Source of the DNA: Octopus sinensis
Taxonomy: Eukaryota
DNA: 64,000 bases
Direction of reading: 5' to 3'
Assembly (NCBI RefSeq): GCF_006345805.1
Contig: NC_043008.1
Coordinates: 45,508,001 to 45,572,000 of the forward strand
A model generated the notes under the pieces. It made no database searches and was not told the DNA's origin. It saw only the letters and a program-made list of their open reading frames with translations. The position numbers were made by a program, and so were the translations under genes. Each line of letters opens with the position of its first letter. The stretch's first letter is position 1. This document shows positions 1-12,368 of the stretch, piece by piece.

Positions 1-845
1 CGAGATATATCACTTCCACATTTGAGTGGTTGAGCAGCCGTTTCAGCACCCAGTCATAGTGTTGTAGGAGCTGAGTTAAACAGCTTCTCCCTGGTCGGAA
101 ACCATGTTGGGTGTCGGGCAGCAAGCAATTTTCTTCAAGGAAGGTGATCAGTTTCCTTTTGACTATTCGTTCCATGACCTTGCTGATGTGTGAGGTCAGA
201 GAGATAGGTCTGTAGTTCTTGGCCTCCGCTCTGCTACCTCCTTTATGTATGGGGCATATTTTACCTTCCTTCAATTTTCTTGGAAGTTTGCCAGCTGCAA
301 GGAAGCTCTGAAAGAGGAACTGCAGTGGTCTTGCTAGGACTCTCTTACATGCTTTTATGAGGATTGCCGGGAATCCATCGGGGCCAGTAGCTGAGTCTGT
401 TTTCATTTCATCTATAGCGTTTATTACATCGTCTTCCTTTATATCGATGTAATTTATCGTCGCCGCCTCTGATTTTATATCTGCAGTGGTAAAAAAGTCA
501 GTTGGATTGGTGATGTGGAGATGCCCAAGGGGTGGAGTGAAAACACTCTTGAATTGGTCATTCAGTATTTCACTTACCCTCATTGGTTTTCCTGTGAGTG
601 TGCCATCATTTTCAAGGAGTGGCCCTATTCTACAGTGCACCGTAGCTGTTTCTTTGGCATACCTTTAGAAAGCTCTGGGGTTAGATTTTATGTTGTCTAT
701 AGCCCAGGCTTCTTTGTCTGCTCTTTCCTTTTCATGGGAGAGTTGCAGACATTTTTCAATTTCCAACAGTTTTATTTTTAGGCGGGACTTTTCACTGCTT
801 TCAATCTGTTTGTTTAGGCGACTTGAAATTTTTGTACGCCGTCAC
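1..845 (-). mobile_element. CR1/L2-group LINE family A fragment (linker + N-terminal RT), runs off the window start
   Basis: Reverse complement is near-identical to the + strand copy at about 29935-30780 (encodes ...NIKSNPRAF...GPDGFPAIL...QHGFRPGRSCLTQLL...VEVIYL). It ends at a (TA)n tract at about 855. Confidence 0.9.
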
Positions 846-865
846 ATAAGGCATGTATATATATA

Positions 866-919
<54 letters not shown>

Positions 920-925
920 CATATA

Positions 926-958
<33 letters not shown>

Positions 959-1104
959 TTATATATACATGCATACATATATATATAGATACATACATAC
1001 ATATATATATATACATACATATTTATATATACATGCAAACATATATATATATAGATACATACATACATCTATATATATACCTACATACACATATACATGC
1101 ATAC

Positions 1105-1151
<47 letters not shown>

Positions 1152-1164
1152 TTATGTATATATA

Positions 1165-1208
<44 letters not shown>

Positions 1209-1803
1209 ATATGTATATATGTATATTTCATTCAAATTTTACACATGCCTTACTCAGGGTCCATGTAGTTTCATGGGTAAAAACAATGTTCAACTTCTTG
1301 ACTAGAGCGAGCCCATAGCAATATCATATCTTCTCCACTGTTTCAGTAGTCTTTTTTGTCAGATGCATTCACTTTAACAATAAAAATAATAATAACAATT
1401 GAATTATATGTAGTAAGTAATAATTAAAATCAACTAAAGTATAATGTAATCGTAAAAAAACAAAAGTAAAAATAGCAATTGGTATAAAATTGCATGAATG
1501 ATTTGAACTTGAATGAGTGGTTTCACATGAATGAGAATAAATTAAAAATTAAAATTGGCGTTCAGAAATTGAATAGTTCAGATGGATAAAAAAAAATTAA
1601 ATTAAAGAAATGACTATTGTCTATAAAGTATACGATGTAGAGAAAAACGAAGAGCTGACAACTCCAGTCTGACATATATTTTGAGTATTGTTATCACTAG
1701 CGATATCAAGATATAAGTTTGTATTTTGCATTTTATGTGTAGATGTATATATATCGATGTACTTGTAATATGTACACATATATATATACACATATATACA
1801 TGC

Positions 1804-1845
1804 ACTAGCACTATGATCCGGCAACGACGGGTCTTTAATGCTAGT
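1804..1845. repeat. 42-bp imperfect palindrome resembling fused Helitron 3' ends (hairpin + CTAG)
   Basis: actagca...gatccg-gcaacga-cgggtc...tgctagt. A GC-rich hairpin lies about 10 nt before CTAG-T on either strand, which is the established Helitron 3'-end layout. Confidence 0.4.
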
Positions 1846-1856
1846 ATAAATATATA

Positions 1857-2150
1857 TTGATTGATTGATTGATTCTAGTTTCAGCTTATGAGCTGTGGCC
1901 ATGCTGGGGCACCGCCATTTGGTGTTGCTACTTGGTTTTAATTCAAGAAAGCTTTTTAGCAACTGCCATTTGGTGCATGAGAGAGTTCGATGCAGCTGCC
2001 CTCATCTGCACCTCCTGCAGCTGCATCGAACTCTCTCATGCACCAAATGGCAGTTGCTACAAAGCATTCGTGAAGTAAAACCATGTAGCAACACCAAATG
2101 GCGGTGCCCCAGCATGGCCACAGCTCATGAGCTGAAACTAGAATCAATCA
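1857..2150. mobile_element. Fold-back of two LINE-A 3' ends with tails pointing outward
   Basis: 1857-2018 is the LINE-A 3' end on the - strand with a (TTGA)n tail. 2017-2150 is the same 3' end on the + strand ending gaatcaatca. Both flanks are AT microsatellite. Confidence 0.9.
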
Positions 2151-2279
2151 AATACATACATATATATATATATATACCTATATACATACATTCATATATA
2201 TATATATATATACATACATGCATACATATATACATACATGCATACATACATATATACATACATACATACATATATATAT

Positions 2280-2312
<33 letters not shown>

Positions 2313-2436
2313 TATATATACATACATACATACATATATATATATACATTCATACATATATATATATATTCATACATACATACACATACATACATATACA
2401 TACATACATACATATACATACATACATATATATATA

Positions 2437-3438
2437 TATCCTTAAATCCTTAATCCTTAAAAATGTTTTAGCCCGAAGGCCGCGGCCATGCTGGGGCACC
2501 ACCGCTGAATGAGCTACACTAGTTTGTGAATCCACCTCTGATACGTGGCACTTGATCAACAAGGGAGTTCGATGCTGCTGCCCGCATCCGTGTCTCCTGT
2601 CGTGAGGTAGGTTCATCTGGGACTCCCAACAAGAAGAGATCCAGTTTAGTTTTAAAGAAACCCACATCCACACCATGTAAGTCTCTCAGGCATTTAGGGA
2701 GGATGTTAAAGAGCTGTGGTCCTCTGAAACCCAAGCTGTTGCAGTATCTGGACCTGTATTTTGATGGTGATGTTGGAATCCTTGGCACCACGCAGCGGCG
2801 CCCCGTTCTGCGGTTGGAGTAACTTTGAATGCCAAAGTTTGGGACAAGACCCTCCAGGATTTTCCAGATGTATATCACTGCATATCTCTCCCGCCTCCGC
2901 TCCAGGAGAAGAGGTTTAATACCTTCAGTCTTTCCCAGTAGCTGACATTTTGCATTGAGACGATTTTCTTTGTGTAGCTTCTCTGAGTTGCTTCGAGTTC
3001 TGCTGTTTGTTTTATATTGTGTGGTGACCAAAGTTGGGAGCAGTAGTCAAGCGGCTGAGGACAAATGTTTTCCATAGGACCATCAGTGTCTCCTTCTCTC
3101 TTGTTCTGAAAGTTCGGAGAATCCATCCAGCTAGCCGTCTGCATTTTATCACCAGATTAGCAATATGCATTTGGAAAGATGCATCATTGCTCATGTCAAT
3201 GCCCAGGTCACGCACTGATTTTGACGCAGGGATTGCAATTCTTCCTGGGCCAGTGTATCCAGTCTTCACGTCATTTACCTTTGTGTGCCAGTAGCGCAGG
3301 GCCTGGAACTTACCTGCATTAAACTGCATGTTGTTGTCCTCAGCCCACCTGTATATTGTGTCCAGCTCATGTTGCAGATGCGCAATATTTTCAGGGTTTT
3401 GTATTGCGTGGGAGACTTTTGTGTCATCTGCATAGCTA
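2437..3438 (-). mobile_element. LINE family B, 5'-truncated (RT C-terminal part + 3' end)
   Basis: Encodes SYADDTKV...MQFNAGKFQ...WILRTFRTRE...LERRRERYAVIYIWKILEGLVPNFG, with frameshifts. 3' tail is (AAGGATT)n, adjoining (TA)n. Confidence 0.92.
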
Positions 3439-3460
3439 ATGTTACATTACTCGATAGTCA

Positions 3461-3523
3461 AGATAAAACTCTGAGTTTCAGATGCCGAAGTGGAAATCCG
3501 CAACACCATTTCTTCGTTTATCT
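3461..3523 (-). ncRNA. Inverted, more degenerate copy of the 3580-3642 hammerhead (core ACGAAGA)
   Basis: Reverse complement reads agataa-ACGAAGA-aatg...catc-t-GAAACTCAGAGTT-ttatct. Confidence 0.45.
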
Positions 3524-3579
3524 TGCTATTTGAAAACGCTTTGAAAATATATATATATACATAGCGTTTTCAAATAGAC

Positions 3580-3642
3580 AGATAACCGAAGAGATGGTGT
3601 TGTGGATTTCCACTTCGGCATCTGAAACTCAGAGTTTTATCT
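3580..3642 (+). ncRNA. Type I hammerhead-like ribozyme (core CCGAAGA, U4C variant)
   Basis: agataa-CCGAAGA-gatg..gtgga.tccac..catc-t-GAAA-CTC.A.GAGT-T-ttatct. Stems I (agataa/ttatct), II and III all pair. Putative cleavage triplet is GUU. Confidence 0.6.
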
Positions 3643-3867
3643 TGGCTATCGAGTAATGTAACAAATTATTGTATAGATAAATTTCCTCTATTTACATAAT
3701 ATTGAGGTCTCTTTCTTTTGTTATCTTACCGTTTTACCAATACATATATACATATATATATATATTATATATATATATATATATACATACATATATATAT
3801 ATTATATATATATATATATACATACATATATATATAATATATATAATATATATATATAATATATACA

Positions 3868-3899
<32 letters not shown>

Positions 3900-3929
3900 A
3901 CATAATATATATATATATTATTATATATA

Positions 3930-3974
<45 letters not shown>

Positions 3975-3995
3975 TATATATATATATTTTTTTTT

Positions 3996-4193
3996 TTTTA
4001 TAACAATTAAAAATGAGGGTGTCTAAGACACCAACATACCGAAATAGCAGCCGAATTCTGACTATAAAACCACGTTAAATGTTCATATCGTACCATGAGG
4101 TGAACATTTAACGTGGTTTTATAGTCAGAATTTCGACTGCTATTTCGGCATGTTGGTGTCTTTTAGACACCCTCATTTTTAATTGTTATAAAA
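3996..4193. repeat. ~198-bp palindrome (arms ~90 bp, 15-nt loop at 4086-4100)
   Basis: ttataacaattaaaaatgagggtgtc...aaatgttca pairs with tgaacattt...gacaccctcatttttaattgttataa. The right arm continues to about 4270 and resembles 46600-46720. Confidence 0.85.
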
Positions 4194-4302
4194 TTTTTTT
4201 ACCTTTGTAAGGTATTTCTTTCATGCTGGCCACTTGATAATTTTGATACTTAAATATCGATATTATCCTCATATATAAAAATTATATATATATATATATA
4301 TA

Positions 4303-4353
<51 letters not shown>

Positions 4354-4366
4354 ATATATATATACA

Positions 4367-4403
<37 letters not shown>

Positions 4404-4614
4404 TATAATATATATATATATACATACATATATATATATATACATACATATATATATATATATATACATACATATATATATATACATACATATATATATA
4501 TATATATATACATACATATATATATATACATATATATATACATACATATAATATATATATACATACATATATATATATATATATACATACATATATATAT
4601 ATACATACATATAC

Positions 4615-4688
<74 letters not shown>

Positions 4689-4689
4689 C

Positions 4690-4738
<49 letters not shown>

Positions 4739-4785
4739 CATACATATATATATATATATACATACATATATATATATATACATAC

Positions 4786-4833
<48 letters not shown>

Positions 4834-4841
4834 CATATATA

Positions 4842-5967
4842 TTGATTGATTGATTGATTCTGGTTTCAGCTTATGAGCTGTGGCCATGCTGGGGCACCGC
4901 CATTTGGTGTTGCTACTTGGTTTCACTTCACGAAAGCTTTCTAGCAACTGCCATTTGGTGCATGAGAGAGTCCGATGCAGCTGCTCTCATCTGCACCTCC
5001 TGCCGTGAAGTTGGTTCATCTGGGACACCTGACAGGAAGAGATCCAGCTTCATTTTAAAGACATCTGCATCCACCACATGCAGGTCTCTCAGGTTCTTTG
5101 GGAGGATATTGAAGAGCTGTGGGCCTCGGAAGCCCAGGCTATCACAGAATCTTGTCCTACATCTTGATGGCAAGTTTGGAGTCCTAGACACCACGCAGTG
5201 GCGCCCAGTTCTGGCATTTGTGTAACTCTCGATGCCAAAGTTCAGGACACGTCCCTCCAGGATCTTCCAGATGTATATTATGGCATATCTTTCCCGCCTA
5301 CGCTCCAGGGAATATAGTTTTAATCTCTTGAGTATTTCCCAGTAGCTTACATTCTGCATAGAGGCTATCTTCTTCGTGTAGCTACGTTGGATCACCTCGA
5401 GCTCTGTGATCAACTTGACACTGGATGGTGAGCATAACCGAGAGCTGTAGTCAAAGTGGCTTAGGACAAGTGTCCTCCAGAGGACCATCATGGTTTCTTG
5501 TTCTTTTGTTCTAAAGGTTCTGAGGATCCATCCGGCCAGTCGTCTACATTTCATTGCCAATTTAGCAACATGTACACGAAAGGTCGCGTCATCACTCATG
5601 TAAATACCTAGGTCACGCACTGATTGTGCCTCTGGGATTGCTATTCCTCCAGGTCCAGTGTATTCATTGGGTATTGCATTTAGTTTTGCATGCTGATAGT
5701 ATAGAGCTTGAAACGTTTCAACATTGAACTGCATGCTATTCTTTTCGGCCCACTTGTATATTTTGTCTAGCTCACATTGCAGGTGTTTAGTGTCCTCAGG
5801 GTTCTGTATTGCCTGTGAAACTTTTGTATCATCTGCATAACTTGTGATCGTGGCTCTCTGCGTGGCTGAGGGCATGTCTGAGAGGGCCATTATGAACAGT
5901 AGTGGTCCCAGAACAGTGCCCTGCGGAACACCGCTCACTATTTGCGTGTTAATGGAAGTGGCCCCAT
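4842..5967 (-). mobile_element. LINE family A, 5'-truncated (RT C-terminal half + 3' end)
   Basis: ORF 4928-5998 contains [18 protein letters not shown] and LYSLERRRERY. Tail is (AATC)n, followed by (TA)n. Confidence 0.93.
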
Positions 5968-7543
5968 TGGAATCAGAAAGAAGACCAGTACCACACAACG
6001 ATGATGATCTTCCTATTCCAATACCACCAGAAAATGGCCTTCAAATGTCTGACGAAGATGTATTTCCTGAAGAAAATACTACTGCTGTGGAAGAGACCTA
6101 AGAGAATGCAGGTTTCACGATTGAAAATGAAGACGTACCACAGAAATTTTCTGAAGGAGAGTTAAATGATTTAGTTAGAGACTTGTCATTGTCGAAGGAT
6201 AAAGCTGAACTATTAGCATCTCGCCAACAAGAAAAGTGTCTGCTTAAGAAAGATGTTTGTATTACTCATTTCAAGAAGAGAAATCGGGATCTGACTTCAT
6301 GCTTCTCTGTTGATGGATCACTTTGTCTCAGTAATAACACAATTGAGTTATTTCGCTGTTTGTTCCAAGAGCATGTTCCAGCTGAATGGCGCTTATTTAT
6401 TGATTCATCTAAGATAAGCCTTAAGGCAGTAGTACTACACAACGGCAATAAGAAACCATCCATTCCCATAGGACATTCAGTGCACATGAAGCAGTGTTAT
6501 GAAAACATGCAAGTAGACCTCAATGCCATAAAGTATACAAACAGCAGCTAGAAAATATGTGGAGACTTGAAGGTGATTGGAATGTCGATGAGAATGCAAT
6601 CTGGGTGCATGAAATATTGTTACTTTTTATGCTTATGGGACAGTCGTGCAACTAACAAGGACTATGTGCAATCAGAGTGGTCTTTGCGAAAATCATATGA
6701 GCCAGGAGTTTCTAGCCTCCAGAGTAAGCCACTTTTAATCCCAGAAAATGTTCTTTCCCCTCTTCACACAAAACTTGGCCTCATGAAACAATTCGTGAAG
6801 ACATTTGCCAGGAAAAGCTCAAAAGGTTTTGAATATGTGAAAACCAAATTTCCAAAAATCACCGGGGCAAAACTGAAGATCCGCAGATAAAAGAACTCCT
6901 GAAGGACAACCACTTCCTCACAGCACTGGACGAGACTGAGCTTAATGCCTGGGAATCCTTCAAATGGCTTTATGAAACTTTCCTAGTCAACAAGAGAGCT
7001 CTAGAATTTAGAAATAGAGTGAAATGTCTTCTAGACTCTTACGTTGCAATGGGCTGTCGGATGTCACTAAAAGTCCATTTTCTTGATTCACATCTGGACT
7101 TTTTTGCAGAGAACCTTGGAGCAGTATCTTATAAGCAAGGGGAAGCTTTCATCAAGATATTGCATCGATGGAACAACAATCTCAAGGATTTTGGAATGCA
7201 GGAATGTTAGCTAACTACTGTTGGATGTTATACAGGGATGAACCTGAGACAAAACACCATAGAAAGTCAAAATCCCAAAGATTATAAGTTATTATGCATT
7301 TGAGAGTATTCTAACTTATTTGTACAATAAAAAACCATGAAATTATCGTATCTTGTATTCAATATACTTTATATAGACATGCTTTACGTATCATATAAGT
7401 TACAACAGCAGATATAATTAACATGTAAACGTAACATGATAGAGAAAATCGGACTTCAGATTCGTAATCAGCATCCAAAAGTAATCCAGAAAATCAATCA
7501 GCAACTCTAATGGTTAAAGAAATTTTCATTTTGTTGACCAGTG
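5968..7543 (+). mobile_element. Degenerate Chapaev3-like (CMC group) DNA transposon, left end missing
   Basis: Broken ORFs give RPVPH..LPIP, WRLFIDSSKISLKAVVLHNGN..PSIPIGHSVHMK, KYCYFLCLWDSRA, PLHTKLGLMKQFVK, MSLKVHFLDSHLDFF..GAVS. The right end ...ttttgttgaccaGTG is followed by TTA, fitting CAC..GTG termini with a TWA target. Family assignment is from recalled motifs. Confidence 0.7.
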
Positions 7544-9321
7544 TTATCGGTGTTTCGAACAAGTTTACAATTACACATCCTAATTCTATAGCATAACCAG
7601 GACAACGATCTTCAAGACCATCTCTTTGCTTCGTGAACTGCAATGTTATTTGATGGTTATTTCACTACTTTTCCATAGGGTTTGTCGAGCGGGTAAAAGT
7701 TGTCTCGCTGGCTCATTGTATCTATAAGGCCTGTTTAATATCAAGATTTCTAGAAAGGAAGTTAGGGGTCAAAGAAAACAGATAGAAACAACATAGAATA
7801 TGTTCAACTGCAATTTGTCTTTCCAAAATTTAACAATGTCACTTTAAAATATTATTAAAAGCTTGACTTAGAGTTGTCCCTCCTCCTGTGATATCTATAT
7901 AAATTATATACTTCACGGTATGTACTTATTACTCGGAAAATCTTAGTTCAGTCGTTTGGTGGTGGCTGGTGATGCTAGCAGGAATCTGATCACAGAGTTA
8001 CTTCAATTATATTATTAATGTGCAGAATGCTAGCTTTAGAAAATAATTTGTATAAAGTTTTTATAAAGAATGCTAATGTACACATTTAGAAAAGAGAAGC
8101 ATTAATGGAATAGGAACTGTATTAGATTCAGTCATTAAGCATTAAATACGAGAGAGGCTGATTCTGTTGTAGCACTGTAGCTGGCTGTTTCCAGATCTTT
8201 GTATTTGGATAATTTATCCGTTTCTTTGAAACATATTTTCATCTGCTATAATTGATACTTTGATTACGGCTAAGTCTCTTTGACAGACTGCTTGTGTACA
8301 GCTTATAAATACACACGCACGCACGTGCATTTGTGTAGGCCTTTATAAGCTCCATTTTCTTTTTAACTTGGTGCTACATCCCTCCTATTTCGACGCGTAA
8401 ACACACAGTTTTGAATTCGTTTGTATTCCTGAGAAGAGATTGCCTATTTCAGAATGAAGACTCCGAATGAAATGTTAACTGTTGTACGTGATGACCCCTT
8501 ATGATTATAACTATGCTCATTTAAAGGTACACACAAAACACACATTCATACCTATAATTTTAAACCTGCTTGTTAACAACTAAAGCCAAAGCTGGCATCA
8601 AACAGGAAGAGATCTTGATGAAATTTACAAGTTAAACTTATATATATGATACCCTTAAACTTCCTGCCTTTAAGTATATCGCGAAAGGCGTGGCTGGAGG
8701 CCCAGCATTCCAAGTTCTTTTATAGGGCTTAGAAAAGCTGAAGGTCCACTGCAATAAGTGTGTGAATATGTTTAATAAAATCCTCATTAACTGATACTTC
8801 TGTATTTTCTTTTGTCCATGGCCAAGAACATTTCAGCGCCTCCTCGTCTCTTTCTTTCTCTCTCCCTCTATCTGTCTGTCTGTCTATCTGTCTCCCTCTC
8901 TCTTTATATATGTATATATATATTACACATGTTGGAATTACTTTTTAAATTCGTAATTGTACAGCAGTTAAGCTGGGGCACTACTTCCATGGGTTTTTCT
9001 CCCCCCTGGTAATCCCAACATGGGGGTTCTATGTTGGTACATATTACGCTGTATATTTTACAAGTTTTACAAATCCATCTGGCTGCACCACTGGTGTTGC
9101 CTTTCACCGGCGGTGTTGTGTCAAACGCAGAGACACAAACAGTTACACACACATACATTACCAAGCTGCCCTCAGTAGGTATCTATCTACTTGCAACCAT
9201 TAGGGACACAACTTGTCCTTAAGTGGGATCGAACTCAAAACGAAGTACTTGCTCGGCATGTTTCGTATGTCTGCGCACAGAGACACGTACATATATAGAT
9301 GCACACACAACACAGACTTTA

Positions 9322-9418
<97 letters not shown>

Positions 9419-10965
9419 TTTTCAGTATATGTGTTTCTGAGCAAGGATGTGTTTATTTTTATTAATAGGTCAATATACACAGAAGGATACAAATGTCTGT
9501 ATATTTAAATCTACAGAGAAACAAATACATATTCAATAGCGATAGGTGTTTAACTTGAATAGAAATACTCTTGGCAATATTGTTCTATTCTCGGCAGTCT
9601 AGTAGTACTCAATATATATCTTACTTCTACATTTCCTTTCAAACCGTTCTTAAATCAGTTCAAAAGGAAATAGGAGCTAAAAGAAAAGAAAAAAAATTAA
9701 TCGGTCTATCCTTTTTAATTAAAGACATCGGCCATTTGTTATTTGATCGTAATCTGTGGGTAGATGCGCGTGAATATGTCTTGTCTGACAACTCCACTCT
9801 CGCTTGAATATTAGCAAGTGTTATCACTTGCCTGGCAACTACCACCGCAACCCTCACCGAAATCTCAACGGTGTGCTAGCACTAGCTAGTTGTTCGTATT
9901 GTTCAACTGGCTAGAAGAGATGAGGACGTCTATGGCGGGATTTAAACACAAACCATTTCTTTCATGCTTCGTGCCGTTTTATATTTCCATATTACTCCTT
10001 TGGACTTTTGAGTATTTTTTCTAAGTAGATTAAAATGAAAAAAAAGAAAAGGACAAAATAACGTATTTGGATTCATAATCATGCATGTATATATTTTCTA
10101 CAAACGATATACGTGTGTGTGTGTGTGGTGTGTGTGTGTGTGTGTGTGGTGTGTGTTTGTATGTGTGTGTATATGCTTCCACTCGCACATTGATGTGTTT
10201 ATGTATTTTAAAACGGGGTTTTAATATATGATAAAAAATTGTGTGTATATTTAAGCATGAAGTGTCTGTATTCTTACTTGTATAGATATATCTATGTTGA
10301 TATAGCCCTTCCTTATATAGGGTAATACATCTAGTATGACTTCACTAGATTACCTATCGAAACACACTGAATATATTTACAGAATATACAAGAAATGCTT
10401 CTTCGCATTTCAATGCGAAGTTGAGATGTTGTGTTCAATAAATTGATGCTAATATTACACGGTAAGGTGTAGTTTTATAGATGATAGTTGTGTGTATGCG
10501 TATTATGCAATAATGATTAGTAAAATTGACAGAAAATTAATATTCCAGTTATGTCTTTCCTTTGTATCTTTCTATATAAAATAAAGGGTAACAGTTATTT
10601 ATAAGTTTTACCATGTGGGTCCTCTGATTCATGTTGAAATTAATGTCTCATGAGTGTGTAGTCATGTGCGACGACAATCTTCCATTGTCCATAATATTCC
10701 TTTCTATTTAGAAAGAATCTACAGTGAATACATTTTAAGTTTGTCTTCTTAAAGAGTAAAAGTAAATCACACGCACGAACATAATTTTCACTTCCAATAC
10801 ACCGTCTTTGACGAAGCCTCTGAAATGTGTACAGCTTTCTATGATATACATATAAATTTACATACGTGTGTGTATGTACATATGTATATGTATGCCTATA
10901 TATATATATAAATATAAATATATATCTGTGTGTGTGTATACATATATGTATGTATGTCTATCTAT

Positions 10966-11085
<120 letters not shown>

Positions 11086-11129
11086 TGTGTGTGTATACAT
11101 ATATGTGTGTATGTCTATCTGTCTATAAT

Positions 11130-11169
<40 letters not shown>

Positions 11170-11927
11170 TATATATACACACACACATTCACTCTCACAC
11201 ATACTCACACATACATGTATCTTTTAAATAATATTGATTGATATACGAGAAATGAAAAATATTAAGTTGTGAGATAATATGAAATATTATTAATGACTGA
11301 TATAATGAGAAAGATAGGAAATAAAGATATAATAGAAGTTACTGTGTTTATATACAACATCAACAACTTGTTATGAAAAGCAATTCTAAAACAATTTAGG
11401 TATTAGAAATTATATAATAGCTATGAGTTCAATTGATATATCGATCAGTATGCAATTCGTCTCTGATTAGATCTCTACTGCGTGCGTTCACTAACGACAG
11501 GGAGAAACGTTTCTAAAGCTTAGTACAGTCTCCCGGGTAAGTGTACGATTTACGCGTTTAGTTATAGATGTAACTAAATTTACGCATTTACCATGTATAA
11601 AGGAAATTACTGCCAGTGATTTAGGGTTCGTACAAGCGTAAATAAAAGAATATGACTCCAAAAAGGTAAATATGTGGTGGAGTGTTAGATGTAAACGTCG
11701 ATATTATATTAGAAAGGAAATGAAACACCAAGTAAAATGCGTACCTATTCCTTCTAACCACGCTCTGATGAACTACACACACATTCACACATATGATGTG
11801 TGTTTTTGCGTGTGTGTGTCCTCGTGTGTACTAATACAGTGTCCTTTCACCAGATCTTGAAAGTTAAATTTGGCAAAGGACACTATACTGATGTGTAGCC
11901 GATGGATGGATGAATGATATATATATA

Positions 11928-12089
11928 GGCGCAGGAGTGGCTGTGTGGTAAGTAGCTTGTTTACCAACCTCATTGTTCCTGGTTCAGTCCCACTGCGTGG
12001 CACCTTGGGCAAGTGTCTTCTACTATAGCCTCGGGCCGACCAAAGCCTTGTGAGTGGATTTGGTAGATGGAAACTGAAAGAAGCCCATC

Positions 12090-12170
<81 letters not shown>

Positions 12171-12337
12171 TGTGTCTGTGTTTGTCCCCCTAGCATTGCT
12201 TGACAACCGTTACTTAGCGGTTCGGCAAAAGAGACCGATAGAATAAGTACTGGGCTTACAAAAGAATAAGTCCCGGGGTCAAGTTGCTCGATTAAAGGCG
12301 GTGCTCCAGCATGGCCGCAGTCAAATGACTGAAACAA

Positions 12338-12342
<5 letters not shown>
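11928..12342 (+). mobile_element. tRNA-derived SINE with CORE-like block, internal (TA)n(TG)n and LINE-like 3' end
   Basis: A box TGGCTGTGTGG, B box GGTTCAGTCCC, and ccttgggcaagtg. Its 3' end ggcggtgctccagcatggccgcagtcaaatgactgaaac matches the LINE-A/B 3' ends. Confidence 0.85.

Positions 12343-12368
<26 letters not shown>

Larger units (their letters stand above)
3440..3740. mobile_element. Non-coding element with ~100-bp inverted arms (3440-3540 / 3563-3663), probably an inverted Penelope pseudo-LTR
   Basis: The arms are reverse complements around the spacer ttgaaaatatatatatatacat, and each arm contains a hammerhead-like fold. Confidence 0.65.

Noticed and set aside
690-1305. Many long Tyr/Ile/His-rich ORFs here and elsewhere (e.g. 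57543-58805, 420 aa)
   Set aside because: Translations of (TA)n/(TACA)n microsatellites that lack stop codons; not genes.
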